Shown: positions 10,188-19,838 of the stretch, piece after piece | Numbering within the stretch: position 1 is the stretch's first letter | Layout of the letters: each line of letters opens with the position of its first letter | NCBI GenBank assembly: GCA_963678745.2 | Contig: CAXXMS010000003.1 | Coordinates: 35,979 to 99,978, forward strand | From: Victivallales bacterium | GTDB taxonomy: Bacteria; Verrucomicrobiota; Lentisphaeria; Victivallales; GWF2-38-69 | Reading direction: 5' to 3' | Length of the DNA: 64,000 bases | Notes under the pieces: generated by a model | What the model was told of the DNA's origin: nothing | Databases searched by the model: none | What the model saw: only the letters and a program-made list of their open reading frames with translations | Program-made: the position numbers and the translations under genes

Positions 10188-10289
10188 ACTTTAGACTGGA
10201 GACTTTAGACTGGAGACCATTGACCGTAAATATTATTATCAAGGTAAGAACCTAACATAAAATTATTAACAATAACACAAGGCAGCAGA

Positions 10290-11402
10290 ATGATTTCTGA
10301 ATTCAATAATACTATAAACCAATTTGAAGATTTTAATTACAAATCATTCTTCGAAAAACTCAATCGTAATGATATAAAAAACATATTAGATAAAGAAAAC
10401 CTGTCAGAGTTAGAATTTCTTAGTCTCTTATCACCAGTAGCTGAAAACTACTTAGAATATATGATTCAGAAAGCTCAAAAGATTACAATTAGGCATTTCG
10501 GTAAAACAATACAGCTTTATACTCCCATGTATATTTCAAATTATTGTAATAACCAATGTGTATATTGCGGATTCAAAAAAGGAAACAAGATAAAAAGAGA
10601 ACAGTTAAGTATAGAAGAGATAGAAAATGAAGCTATCGAAATATCCAAAACCGGTTTAAGACACATACTTGTTTTAACCGGCAGCGCACGCAATATCGCA
10701 ACACAAAATTATATACAGCAGGCAATTAAAGTTATTAGAAAACACTTTAACACCATATCACTTGAAATGTACCCAATGGAACTTGACGAATATAAAGAAC
10801 TTTTTAACTTCGGGGCTGATGGTTTGACTGTTTATCAGGAAACTTATGATAAAAATTTATATTCTAAGCTTCATCCAATTGGGCCTAAAAAAGATTACCA
10901 ATATCGTCTATCCGCCCCGGATAGAGCATGCAGAGCCGGCATGCGAAGAATAAGTCTTGGCAGTCTACTTGGTCTAAAAGACTGGAAAGAAGATTCTTTT
11001 ATGACAGCTCTTCATTGTGCATACATACAAAACCAATATCCGGCAACCGAGATATCCTTATCTCTTCCCAGAATACAATCCCATGAAGGAAACTATCAGA
11101 TTCAAAATCCTGTTTCAGACAAAAACATGGTTCAGATAATAGCAGCATTTAGACTATTTATGCCAAGGGGAGGAATAAATATTTCAACAAGAGAAACTCC
11201 TTTTTTTAGAGATAATATCCTTCCACTTGGAATAACAAATATGTCAGCAGGCTGCACAACTGCTGTTGGCGGGCATACAAAAGACGACTCTACAAAACAG
11301 TTTGAAATAGCAGATACAAGAAGTGTTGATGATATGAAAGATTTAATATATCAGAAAGGCTATCAGCCGGTATTTAAGGACTGGCAATACCTTACCAATT
11401 GA
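10290..11402 (+). CDS. thiH: 2-iminoacetate (tyrosine lyase) synthase ThiH, radical SAM
   Basis: 370 aa with a CNNQCVYCGF radical-SAM CxxxCxxC motif. It sits between thiG and thiE, and the length is typical of ThiH. Confidence 0.9.
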   Translation: MISEFNNTINQFEDFNYKSFFEKLNRNDIKNILDKENLSELEFLSLLSPVAENYLEYMIQKAQKITIRHFGKTIQLYTPMYISNYCNNQCVYCGFKKGNKIKREQLSIEEIENEAIEISKTGLRHILVLTGSARNIATQNYIQQAIKVIRKHFNTISLEMYPMELDEYKELFNFGADGLTVYQETYDKNLYSKLHPIGPKKDYQYRLSAPDRACRAGMRRISLGSLLGLKDWKEDSFMTALHCAYIQNQYPATEISLSLPRIQSHEGNYQIQNPVSDKNMVQIIAAFRLFMPRGGINISTRETPFFRDNILPLGITNMSAGCTTAVGGHTKDDSTKQFEIADTRSVDDMKDLIYQKGYQPVFKDWQYLTN

Positions 11403-11449
11403 CAATTAGTAATGAACAATGATCAATTAAGAATGAAAAACCCAAAACG

Positions 11450-12496
11450 ATGAATATATATAGAATAATAGATGCTGAAATAAATCGGGTATCAGAAGGC
11501 TTACGTCTTATTGAAGACATAGCAAGATTTACATTTGATAATAAAAAGCTGTGTTCAATAACAAAAGAAATGCGCCACAAAACAAGAAAAGAAATATTGT
11601 TTTCTAATATCCAGCCCATATTGAGTAGAGATTCAGAAAATGATGTAGGTTTGAATGTATCCAAAGAAATAAAACTGGATGAAAAAAATAATCTATTGGA
11701 TTTAATGACTGCAAATTTTAAGCGAATTCAGGAAGGTTTACGCAGTATAGAAGAAACACTAAAAATAATAAACAAATATAAACTGTCTAAAGTTTACGAA
11801 CAGCTCAGATTTGACTCTTATAAACTGGAAAAAAGTTTTTATATCGAGTTCAATAAAAGTTTACGGCTTTCTCCATTAGATACGGAAATATACTGCATTA
11901 CTGCTGAAAAATTTTCTAATGGAAGAAATAATATTGAAGTTGTTAAATCCATGATAAATGCAGGGATAAAAGTTATTCAATATAGGGAAAAAGAGAAAGC
12001 TCTAAAAGAAAAGCTTTCAGAATGTATAAAAATTAGACAACTTACAAAAGATGCCGAGGTAACTTTTATTATTAATGATGATATCACACTTGCACAAATA
12101 GTAGATGCAGACGGCATCCATCTTGGCCAGGATGATCTCCCTCTATCTGAAGTCCGCAGCATAGTTGGAGAAAAAATGATTCTCGGACTTTCCACCCATA
12201 ATCCAGAACAGGCTTTAAAAGCAGTAGAAATAGGTGCGGATTACATTGGAGTCGGACCAATTTATAAAACATACACAAAAGATAATGTCTGTGATCCCGT
12301 CGGCTATGAATACCTGGAATGGGTTGTAGAAAATATCGAATTACCTTTTGTCGCAATAGGAGGAATCAAGCTCAATAACCTATCCGAAATAACAACGAGA
12401 AAAGCTAAGTGCATTGCAATGGTAACAGAAATTGTAGGAGCAGAAAATATAGAAAAAACAATTAAACAGGCAAGAGAAATAATGATTAATATTTAA
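11450..12496 (+). CDS. thiE: Thiamine-phosphate synthase ThiE with ~145-aa N-terminal extension
   Basis: The C-terminal ~200 aa carry ThiE/TMP-TENI motifs: IYCITAE, VIQYREKE, FIINDD, DGIHLGQDD, GLSTH, ADYIGVGPIY and VAIGGI. The N-terminal part (NIYRIIDAEINRVSEGLRLIEDIARF...) is an extra domain. Confidence 0.85.
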   Translation: MNIYRIIDAEINRVSEGLRLIEDIARFTFDNKKLCSITKEMRHKTRKEILFSNIQPILSRDSENDVGLNVSKEIKLDEKNNLLDLMTANFKRIQEGLRSIEETLKIINKYKLSKVYEQLRFDSYKLEKSFYIEFNKSLRLSPLDTEIYCITAEKFSNGRNNIEVVKSMINAGIKVIQYREKEKALKEKLSECIKIRQLTKDAEVTFIINDDITLAQIVDADGIHLGQDDLPLSEVRSIVGEKMILGLSTHNPEQALKAVEIGADYIGVGPIYKTYTKDNVCDPVGYEYLEWVVENIELPFVAIGGIKLNNLSEITTRKAKCIAMVTEIVGAENIEKTIKQAREIMINI

Positions 12497-12511
12497 ACTT
12501 ATGTTGCAGTT

Positions 12512-12673
12512 TTTGGAGTGCGGAAATTAGATTTTCCGCTTTTAATAATGCCGGTTTTTCCAGCATTAACAAACCATTGTTAGTAAAAAGACTGATAAGC
12601 CAACAATACACTGAAACAGCCGAATAAAATCGGCTGAGAAACAAAGCGACGAATCTAATCGTCGCACTCCAAA
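12512..12673. repeat. Inverted-repeat-bounded ~160-nt element in the thiE-thiC spacer
   Basis: tttggagtgcggaaattagattttccgc (12512-12539) is the near reverse complement of gcgacgaatctaatcgtcgcactccaaa (12646-12673). Each arm is itself a hairpin. Confidence 0.6.
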
Positions 12674-12801
12674 TTCAACCCTAATCTGATTCAACAAATA
12701 GAATTGAATAAACAAAAGGCTAAAGCTACTAATCATAAATTACTGAGTACTGAACACCAATTAAATTCGTAATTTAAAACAAAATAAATTTGGAGGATGA
12801 A

Positions 12802-14106
12802 ATGAACTACAAAACACAGATGGAAGCAGCAAGAAAAGGAATCGTTACGGATGCAATGATCCAGGTTGCACAAAAAGAAAATATCGAAGTCGAACTTTTA
12901 ATGCGTAAAATGACAGATGGAAAAATTATTATTCCATTTAACAGGAATCATAAAAAATTAATTCCTACAGGTATTGGTGAAGGATTAAAAACTAAAGTTA
13001 ATGTAAACCTGGGAATATCAAGAGACTGTCCAAGCATAACAAAAGAAATGGATAAAGTCGAATTGTCACTGAAATATAATGCAGATGCAATAATGGATTT
13101 ATCATGTTTTGGAGATACTAGACCATTTAGGAAAATGCTTGTTGAAAAGTCACCAATAATGATTGGAACCGTCCCGATGTACGATGCTACCGGTTATCTA
13201 AATAAAGAGCTCAAAGATCTGACCTCGGATGATTTTTTAAATGTAGCAAGAGCACATGCTGAAGATGGCGTTGATTTTTTAACAATCCATGTCGGACTTA
13301 ACAGAAAAACAGCAGAAAGAATTAATAAAAATTCACGTTTAACCAACCTTGTTTCTCGAGGTGGTACTCTCTTATATTCATGGATGGCAATGACAGGAAA
13401 TGAAAACCCATATTATGAACGTTTTAATGAACTTCTTGAAATCTGTAGAGAATATGATGTAACACTTAGCCTGGGAGACGGATGTAGGCCAGGTTCATTA
13501 GCAGACGCTACAGATGCAACACAAATAGAAGAGCTTATCACACTTGGGGAATTGACAAAACAAGCCTGGGGAAAAGATGTTCAGGTTATGATAGAAGGCC
13601 CTGGCCATGTACCTATCAATGAAATCAAAGCAAACGTACTTCTACAGAAAAAACTATGTTATGGTGCTCCGTTCTATGTTTTAGGACCGTTAGTAACAGA
13701 TATAACTCCAGGTTATGATCATATTACAAGTGCTATCGGAGGAGCAATAGCAGCATCTGCAGGAGCAGACTTTCTATGTTACGTTACCCCTGCAGAACAT
13801 TTAAAAATTCCAAGTCTGGATGATGTAAAAGAAGGACTTATTGCATGTCAGATAGCAGCACACGCAGGTGATATAGGTAAAGGAATAAAAGATGCTGACA
13901 AACATGACTACGCAATGAGCAAAGCCAGGGCTGAACTTGACTGGGAACAGATGTTTGCCTTAGCTATGGACCCTGAAAAACCTAAACGTTACCGGGAAGA
14001 ATCCAAACCGGCACTTGAAAAGTCATGTTCAATGTGCGGAGATATGTGTGCAATAAAAAATATGAACACAATAAGAAATGGAGAAAAAGTAATTCTATCA
14101 AGATAA
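12802..14106 (+). CDS. thiC: Phosphomethylpyrimidine synthase ThiC
   Basis: Contains [50 protein letters not shown] and the C-terminal CSMCGDMCA cluster motif. The ATG at 12802 is preceded by ggagga; the ORF-track start at 12790 is a non-ATG codon. Confidence 0.95.
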   Translation: MNYKTQMEAARKGIVTDAMIQVAQKENIEVELLMRKMTDGKIIIPFNRNHKKLIPTGIGEGLKTKVNVNLGISRDCPSITKEMDKVELSLKYNADAIMDLSCFGDTRPFRKMLVEKSPIMIGTVPMYDATGYLNKELKDLTSDDFLNVARAHAEDGVDFLTIHVGLNRKTAERINKNSRLTNLVSRGGTLLYSWMAMTGNENPYYERFNELLEICREYDVTLSLGDGCRPGSLADATDATQIEELITLGELTKQAWGKDVQVMIEGPGHVPINEIKANVLLQKKLCYGAPFYVLGPLVTDITPGYDHITSAIGGAIAASAGADFLCYVTPAEHLKIPSLDDVKEGLIACQIAAHAGDIGKGIKDADKHDYAMSKARAELDWEQMFALAMDPEKPKRYREESKPALEKSCSMCGDMCAIKNMNTIRNGEKVILSR

Positions 14107-14132
14107 AAATTTATTCATTATATTAATTGTTT

Positions 14133-14173
14133 ATTTATGATTGCTTCAATCTAAAACTGATGCAATCATAAAT
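14133..14173. terminator. Hairpin between convergent thiC and patatin-like gene
   Basis: atttatgattgc (14133-14144) pairs with gcaatcataaat (14162-14173). Confidence 0.5.
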
Positions 14174-14174
14174 G

Positions 14175-15734
14175 TTAATTTCCTTCAAAATAGTCTTTTA
14201 CTGCATCATAACCGGACTGCATAAGTTTCAATTTTTCTTTCTTACTCATATTGAAGGACATTACATCTATTTTTCCACAGTCAATAAAAACAGTTCTATC
14301 AACATTTTTCTTATATAAAGCTGAACCGGTATTGATCATAATAAGATTAAAAACAGCTTTAGCATAATCAACAGGATCTTTTATCGGTTTCCATTCCGGT
14401 TTAAGCATTTCATCTTTTGAATAGAGTATAAATCCTAAAGTTTTCGGTGTAGAACCATCTTCAGTTCCATTAAGGTCAAAATAGTTGATTGGATAATTAT
14501 TTACAGCACCGCCATCTACAAAGAAGTCATTGTTATATTTGACAGGTTTAAAAATAAAAGGTATTGCCATAGATGCTCTCATAGCCTCTACAACACTAAG
14601 GTTTGGTGCTGTAACATAGTCAAAATAAGCAGCTTTTCTATATGACAAACTACATGCAATCAACACAAGATGCTTTCCAGTTCTGCGATGAAGTTCAGCA
14701 AGTGTAATATCACCATCCAAACCAAATCTAATTAATGATTTCTTAAAGAATTCTAAAATTTTATTTCCAGAGCAGAAAGCATATTGATTATCTATCGATT
14801 CAAGAAGTTGAGGAATTGTAGTAAATAAATTACCTGTAACAGGAGTAAAGCTATTCTTTTTTATAACCCGTTTTAATATACGATTGCCAATAAAATCAAA
14901 AAAGTTCTTATCTTCCATTATTTCATAAATAACTTTCCAAAAAGACTTATCCCCAGGTTTTCTATTTGCTTCATAATACATACCAATACTCATAAAAGTA
15001 CACATTATAGACCCGACAGAAGTACCAATAAATCTATCAACATTTTTAAGTTTTCCTGTCTGCTGCAAATATTTTAATACTCCTGCATACGCAGTCCCTT
15101 TGGCACCACCACCGGAAAAAGCCAAGGTATCAGGATGCTCTACAATTGTATCTGTTTTGCTTTCAGCCGTATCTCCCCAATTCAAATAAGCAGGAAATTT
15201 CTGTTCTCCGGTCTGCTGATACTGCCAAAGTAAAACTTTATCATCAATAAGATATAACAAAGCAAGTTTTATCTCATTTTCTGCATCTGACGGTTTGTTA
15301 TTTTTATAACAGTTGACAGCTATATCTAGCTTTAGTAATGCTTCATCTGCAATTCTTACCTCAGACATGCTATCATATTTATAAGCTTCCTCTTTGTAGT
15401 CTTTTACTGCATTTTCTGCAAGCAAAACACTGTTTAACAAAAGTTCTTTCTGTTCAGATGTAAGTTCTTTTTCATCTGACGGTTTATTGAGCTGTTTAAG
15501 TAGCGATATTGTTTTATAAAAAGCTTCTCTACGTTTATTACGCAATGATGTATTAATAGAATCAACTGATTTATTTAAGCTGCCGCCATAATCTTTATAA
15601 CCTTCATAATCTGCATTATTAGGATTATCAGAAAAGTTAAAGTCAGTTAATTTATTAATAGTTCTTACAACAGAACAACCGGACAATAAGATCGGAAAAA
15701 TTAGTAGACAAACAGATTTTTTTATAAAATTCAT
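14175..15734 (-). CDS. Patatin-like phospholipase, lipoprotein
   Basis: Lipobox LLSGCS. Patatin motifs are SGGGAKGTAYAGV (oxyanion), GTSVGS (GxSxG) and VDGGAVNNYP (DGG). Confidence 0.88.
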   Translation of the reverse strand: MNFIKKSVCLLIFPILLSGCSVVRTINKLTDFNFSDNPNNADYEGYKDYGGSLNKSVDSINTSLRNKRREAFYKTISLLKQLNKPSDEKELTSEQKELLLNSVLLAENAVKDYKEEAYKYDSMSEVRIADEALLKLDIAVNCYKNNKPSDAENEIKLALLYLIDDKVLLWQYQQTGEQKFPAYLNWGDTAESKTDTIVEHPDTLAFSGGGAKGTAYAGVLKYLQQTGKLKNVDRFIGTSVGSIMCTFMSIGMYYEANRKPGDKSFWKVIYEIMEDKNFFDFIGNRILKRVIKKNSFTPVTGNLFTTIPQLLESIDNQYAFCSGNKILEFFKKSLIRFGLDGDITLAELHRRTGKHLVLIACSLSYRKAAYFDYVTAPNLSVVEAMRASMAIPFIFKPVKYNNDFFVDGGAVNNYPINYFDLNGTEDGSTPKTLGFILYSKDEMLKPEWKPIKDPVDYAKAVFNLIMINTGSALYKKNVDRTVFIDCGKIDVMSFNMSKKEKLKLMQSGYDAVKDYFEGN

Positions 15735-15757
15735 AATTTATCCTGAATGATTTTTAA

Positions 15758-15850
15758 TATACCGGAGGTATTTTAGTTTTTATATTTTTTCGGCAATAAC
15801 CTAACTCGAAGAATTACTAGATTTCTCTAAAATTATTTTGTTTTGTATAT
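15758..15850. repeat. Dispersed ~95-nt intergenic element, copy A
   Basis: tataccggaggtattttagttttt...ctaactcgaag...atttctctaaaa...ttttgtatat. It aligns by eye with copies at 18696, 19765 (partial) and 53837. Confidence 0.7.
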
Positions 15851-15858
15851 ATGACAAA

Positions 15859-17082
15859 TTATTCTTCTTTAGGAGTAACCTTGAAAAGAAACAAGGTTAA
15901 AATAATAATTAATACAGCTAAAAGAATAAAAACTATTCCAAAAGGTATCGTAGTTTTAAAATGAAATAATGAAAACAAATAAATTATTACACCTGAAAAT
16001 ACCAATTGTATTGCATTAGCAAACGCAACACCTGCCCCTTTTACCTCCGCAGGTATTCTTCTAAGCATTCCTGCAAAACAGTTGGAATATGTAAACCCTA
16101 CAGCAAACCCCAAAATAGAAATCATAATAATTGTTGACAAAGCAGTTTCCATATTAAGAGGATGAAGAATTAAAAGTAGAACTCCTGTAAGCAAGATACC
16201 GAAACTTCCTTTAATTATGGGATAATATTTTTTTGTTCTTTTGCTTAGTTTAGATGCAATAAAACATCCCAATGCAAAGAAAAGCGTCGGTATAACAATT
16301 ATGGTACCAAATTCAGATGATGTATATCCATAATCAGTTTGAAACAGAAAAGAAGAACCGGTTAAATATATTCCCAAGCAACTGAAACTTAAAACCATAG
16401 ACAATACTACAATCAGATAATCCGGATATTTAAAAAGAAGCATATAACTTTTTAATAAAGAAACAGGTTTAAAAGCTACCCGTTTAGTTTTTTCCAATGT
16501 TTCTTCTACACGAAATATAATTAAAACAAATATGATTATTGCATAAACAAGTAATAAGACAAAAATTACCCGCCAGGAAAAAGCAATTAATATTATACCG
16601 CCTAAAAATGGAGCAACCGCAGGTAAAAGAGCAACAAACATAGCAAATGTAGAAGCAGCCCATCCAATATCTTCTGATTTAAAATGGTCTTTTATCATAA
16701 GCTTCAATATTACTGCTATACTTCCCCCACCAATACCCTGTATGAATCTAGACAAAAGGAACTGAAAAGAAGTATGTGAAAATATAGTCATAACCAGTCC
16801 AACAATAAGAATTACTATACCGCTTAGCATCACTGTTTTCCTACCCAGCGAATCAGATAAAGGTCCATAAAAAAGAATGGAAATACCTACACCAATCATA
16901 GCAAAAGAAAGAGAAGAGGTAGCAAGACTTTTCCCAACATGAAAATCCTGGCTTATCTCAGGTAACCCGGGAACGTATAAATAATACATAAATTTTGGCA
17001 ATGCTATGATAGCAATAAGAATTAAAATATATAAATACTTATTTTCGCCTACATTCTTTTCCAAACCTGATTTTTTAAACAT
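15859..17082 (-). CDS. MFS transporter (Bcr/CflA-type drug efflux-like)
   Basis: 407 aa with about 12 TM segments. MFS loop motif GPLSDSLGRK. Confidence 0.85.
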   Translation of the reverse strand: MFKKSGLEKNVGENKYLYILILIAIIALPKFMYYLYVPGLPEISQDFHVGKSLATSSLSFAMIGVGISILFYGPLSDSLGRKTVMLSGIVILIVGLVMTIFSHTSFQFLLSRFIQGIGGGSIAVILKLMIKDHFKSEDIGWAASTFAMFVALLPAVAPFLGGIILIAFSWRVIFVLLLVYAIIIFVLIIFRVEETLEKTKRVAFKPVSLLKSYMLLFKYPDYLIVVLSMVLSFSCLGIYLTGSSFLFQTDYGYTSSEFGTIIVIPTLFFALGCFIASKLSKRTKKYYPIIKGSFGILLTGVLLLILHPLNMETALSTIIMISILGFAVGFTYSNCFAGMLRRIPAEVKGAGVAFANAIQLVFSGVIIYLFSLFHFKTTIPFGIVFILLAVLIIILTLFLFKVTPKEE

Positions 17083-17364
17083 TCAACCTGCTTCCTTTTC
17101 ATTAATTATAGCAAAAAATCTCTGCTAACGAATAATTTTGAGCACGATGATTGCCCCCTGTCAAAGCGTATTCATTTAAAGCCTGATTCTTCGCTTTTAT
17201 TTAATAGCAATCTGTATCACCATTTATATTCTCCCCCTAAACCAAAGCAAAGACTCTGATATTCACATTCCAAAGAATCAAACATTTATGCAGCCCTGGC
17301 AATCAATATCTAAATATATTATAATCTAATAGAAACAATTTTTTATAGTATAAAGGAACTAATT

Positions 17365-18639
17365 ATGAAGTATTTAAACATATCAATCATCTATCTTACC
17401 ATAAACACAATTATATTATTAACTGGATGTAAAACGAACAAACAGGTCCCCAACGCAATTTATGAGAACAATTATTCAGCACTCACTTCATCTGACTTAA
17501 ATACTATTTCCAAGACCACCAAAAAATTATCTAAAGAACAAGCAATAAATATAGCTCTGGAAAATAACCCGGGATACAAATCATCACAGTATAAAGCTGA
17601 TGCTGCACGTGCTGAATATTATAAAGAATTAAGCAGTCTATCGCCTACAGCAGCTGTAGGAGCAGGGATAGGAAATAACAGATCAGGTGCAGGAATATCA
17701 GCAAACTATCAAATCAGTCCGAATAAGCTTACAAATACTCTTGCTGCAAAATCAAAAGCAAAAGAAGTTCAACTCCAATCAGAAAACTATAAAAGAAAGC
17801 TTGTACAAAAAGTAACAGAAGAAAACAACCAACTTCAAAAAAATAAGATGACAATTAATATCTATAAAGATGATGAAAGATTTCAAGAGGAAATGCTACA
17901 GGAAACAATAAATAAATATAAAGCAGGGAAAGCATCTAAAGCAGATGTATTAAACTTTGAGATACAGGCACTTAAAGCAATGGATAAATCTGTTCAGGCA
18001 AATAGAGATTATAAAACCAATAGCTACAAACTGGCGTCTACAATGGGAATAACTTCAGCTAGATTACCTAAAAATGTCGAAACCAAATCTACAACAATAA
18101 ACAATTCTACAGAAAAACTACATGATATTGATTACTATCTAAATCTGGCAATTGATAACCGACCAGATTTAAAAGCTCAAAGAGCTGCTTTGCAGGCATC
18201 AAGATATGAACTTCTAAGCGCTGCCGCTAAACTTTCTCCAGATATAAATCTAGGTACAAACAATAGAGGTTTATATGCAAACGCAAAAATGAATATTCAG
18301 GGAGGCTCTAAAGTTGCAAATATTTATTCAGAAAGCAACAGGAAAGATATCCAGGAAGAAGAGTTATACAAAAAATGGCTTGAAGTAGTCTCGAAAGTGA
18401 AAACTCAATACGCAAAACTAATCTCTGCTCAAAAACAAAAGGCTATACTTTTGCAGACAATACAAAAGGCAAAGCAAAGAAGAAATCTAATTCAGCAAAA
18501 ATATAATGACAACAAGGTTGATTTAGCTGAATTAAATCAGGCACAGAACAATTATATTAATTCTCTGAATTCATACAAAAAAGCTGAAATTGATATTGCC
18601 GACGCTCAAGCCGGACTTAATTCTGCATGCGGAATATAA
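17365..18639 (+). CDS. TolC/OEP-family outer-membrane efflux protein, lipoprotein-type signal
   Basis: LLTGCKT lipobox. Two OEP-like repeats are present: ALENNPGYKSSQYKADAARAEY... and AIDNRPDLKAQRAALQASRYELLSAAAKLSPDI.... Confidence 0.75.
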   Translation: MKYLNISIIYLTINTIILLTGCKTNKQVPNAIYENNYSALTSSDLNTISKTTKKLSKEQAINIALENNPGYKSSQYKADAARAEYYKELSSLSPTAAVGAGIGNNRSGAGISANYQISPNKLTNTLAAKSKAKEVQLQSENYKRKLVQKVTEENNQLQKNKMTINIYKDDERFQEEMLQETINKYKAGKASKADVLNFEIQALKAMDKSVQANRDYKTNSYKLASTMGITSARLPKNVETKSTTINNSTEKLHDIDYYLNLAIDNRPDLKAQRAALQASRYELLSAAAKLSPDINLGTNNRGLYANAKMNIQGGSKVANIYSESNRKDIQEEELYKKWLEVVSKVKTQYAKLISAQKQKAILLQTIQKAKQRRNLIQQKYNDNKVDLAELNQAQNNYINSLNSYKKAEIDIADAQAGLNSACGI

Positions 18640-18695
18640 TGCTTAAATTATTAAAATATTCAAGAATAATTAAAAAGCGACATACTTAATTCCAC

Positions 18696-18790
18696 TTATA
18701 CCGAAGGTATTTTTGTTTTTGCCTATAACTCCTAATAAACGAGCTTGTTTAATAAAAACTTTTTCGAAAACCAGTTAGTTTTGGGTATAA
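18696..18790. repeat. Dispersed ~95-nt intergenic element, copy B
   Basis: ttataccgaaggtatttttgtttttgcctata...ttcgaaaaccagttagttttgggtataa. The ends form an imperfect inverted repeat (ttatacc.aa / tt.ggtataa). Confidence 0.7.
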
Positions 18791-18811
18791 CCAAATTCCT
18801 GAATATAATAT

Positions 18812-19594
18812 TTACAGAGTTCCTGAAATAAGCAAAAGATATCTATTAATTGCCATATCCCAAAAATCCCATTCATGACCTCCCGGTGCCTCTTCATAGA
18901 AAAGATCAAAGTTTAATTGCTGCAAAAAATCTCTAAACCTTAAATTGTCTTCATAAAGGAAATCTTCTGTTCCACAGCATTGATATAATTTAGGAGGCTT
19001 AATTCCTTTTTGGTGGAGTTTATATGCCATGCTGTATAAATCATTAAAACTCCCGGGAAGTTTTTCAATATTACCAAAAGTCCTTTTTAAAAGCTTCTTT
19101 TTTGATTTGGGTGCTTTGTTATATATTGACAATACATCAAGACCTCCTGAAAAACTTGCTGCACCGGCAAATCTCTCTGGGAATGTAAACGCAAGCTTAA
19201 AGGCCCCATATCCTCCCATGGATAAACCTGCTACAAAAGTTTTATCAGGTTTTGTGGAAATATTAAAAAAAGAATCAACTATCGAAGGCAATTCTTCGCT
19301 AATAAAAGTCCAATATTTACCACCATTCTTCATATCAGTATAATAACTTAAATGAACATTCGGCATTACAACAGCTATTCCAATATTAGTAGCATAGCGT
19401 TCAACAGAAGAATATCTTAGCCAGGCTGTATGATTATCTGAATAACCATGTAAAAGATACAGAACAGGAGGTTTAGCATCATATGCTTCTGCATTAATCC
19501 CAATCTGTCCTTTTGAAGATTGAGGTAAAATAACAGTCATTCCAGTAGAAAACCCTAACACTTCAGAAAAAAAATCACAACTTATCAATGCCAT
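18812..19594 (-). CDS. Alpha/beta-hydrolase esterase (esterase D / tributyrin esterase-like)
   Basis: 260 aa with VLYLLHG, the nucleophile elbow GLSMGGYGA and the C-terminal GGHEWDFW. Confidence 0.8.
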   Translation of the reverse strand: MALISCDFFSEVLGFSTGMTVILPQSSKGQIGINAEAYDAKPPVLYLLHGYSDNHTAWLRYSSVERYATNIGIAVVMPNVHLSYYTDMKNGGKYWTFISEELPSIVDSFFNISTKPDKTFVAGLSMGGYGAFKLAFTFPERFAGAASFSGGLDVLSIYNKAPKSKKKLLKRTFGNIEKLPGSFNDLYSMAYKLHQKGIKPPKLYQCCGTEDFLYEDNLRFRDFLQQLNFDLFYEEAPGGHEWDFWDMAINRYLLLISGTL

Positions 19595-19764
19595 ATTTCA
19601 TATCCTTATATAATGATTAGTTCTAATCAATAACAACTCATTTAAAACAATGCAATATTATACCTGAATCCACGTTATATTTAGTTTGAAATAAAAACAA
19701 TATTAATTCAGCTTTTAATTAAAAAATTTTCTAGTAAATTAAATTCCTGATCATAACGTTTCTT

Positions 19765-19800
19765 TTATACCAAAGGTATTTTTAGTTTTTGGTTACATAT
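19765..19800. repeat. Dispersed intergenic element, partial copy C (left half only)
   Basis: ttataccaaaggtatttttagtttttggttacatat matches the first ~35 nt of copies B and D. Confidence 0.6.
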
Positions 19801-19838
19801 ATGAAATCACCATAACCCAATCACAGGAATAACTTATA

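Noticed and set aside
9368-12356. Minus-strand ORFs overlapping thiG, thiH and thiE (9368-9580, 9800-10030, 11392-11664, 11977-12195, 12084-12356)
   Set aside because: They are antisense shadows of well-supported thi genes, with no independent support.
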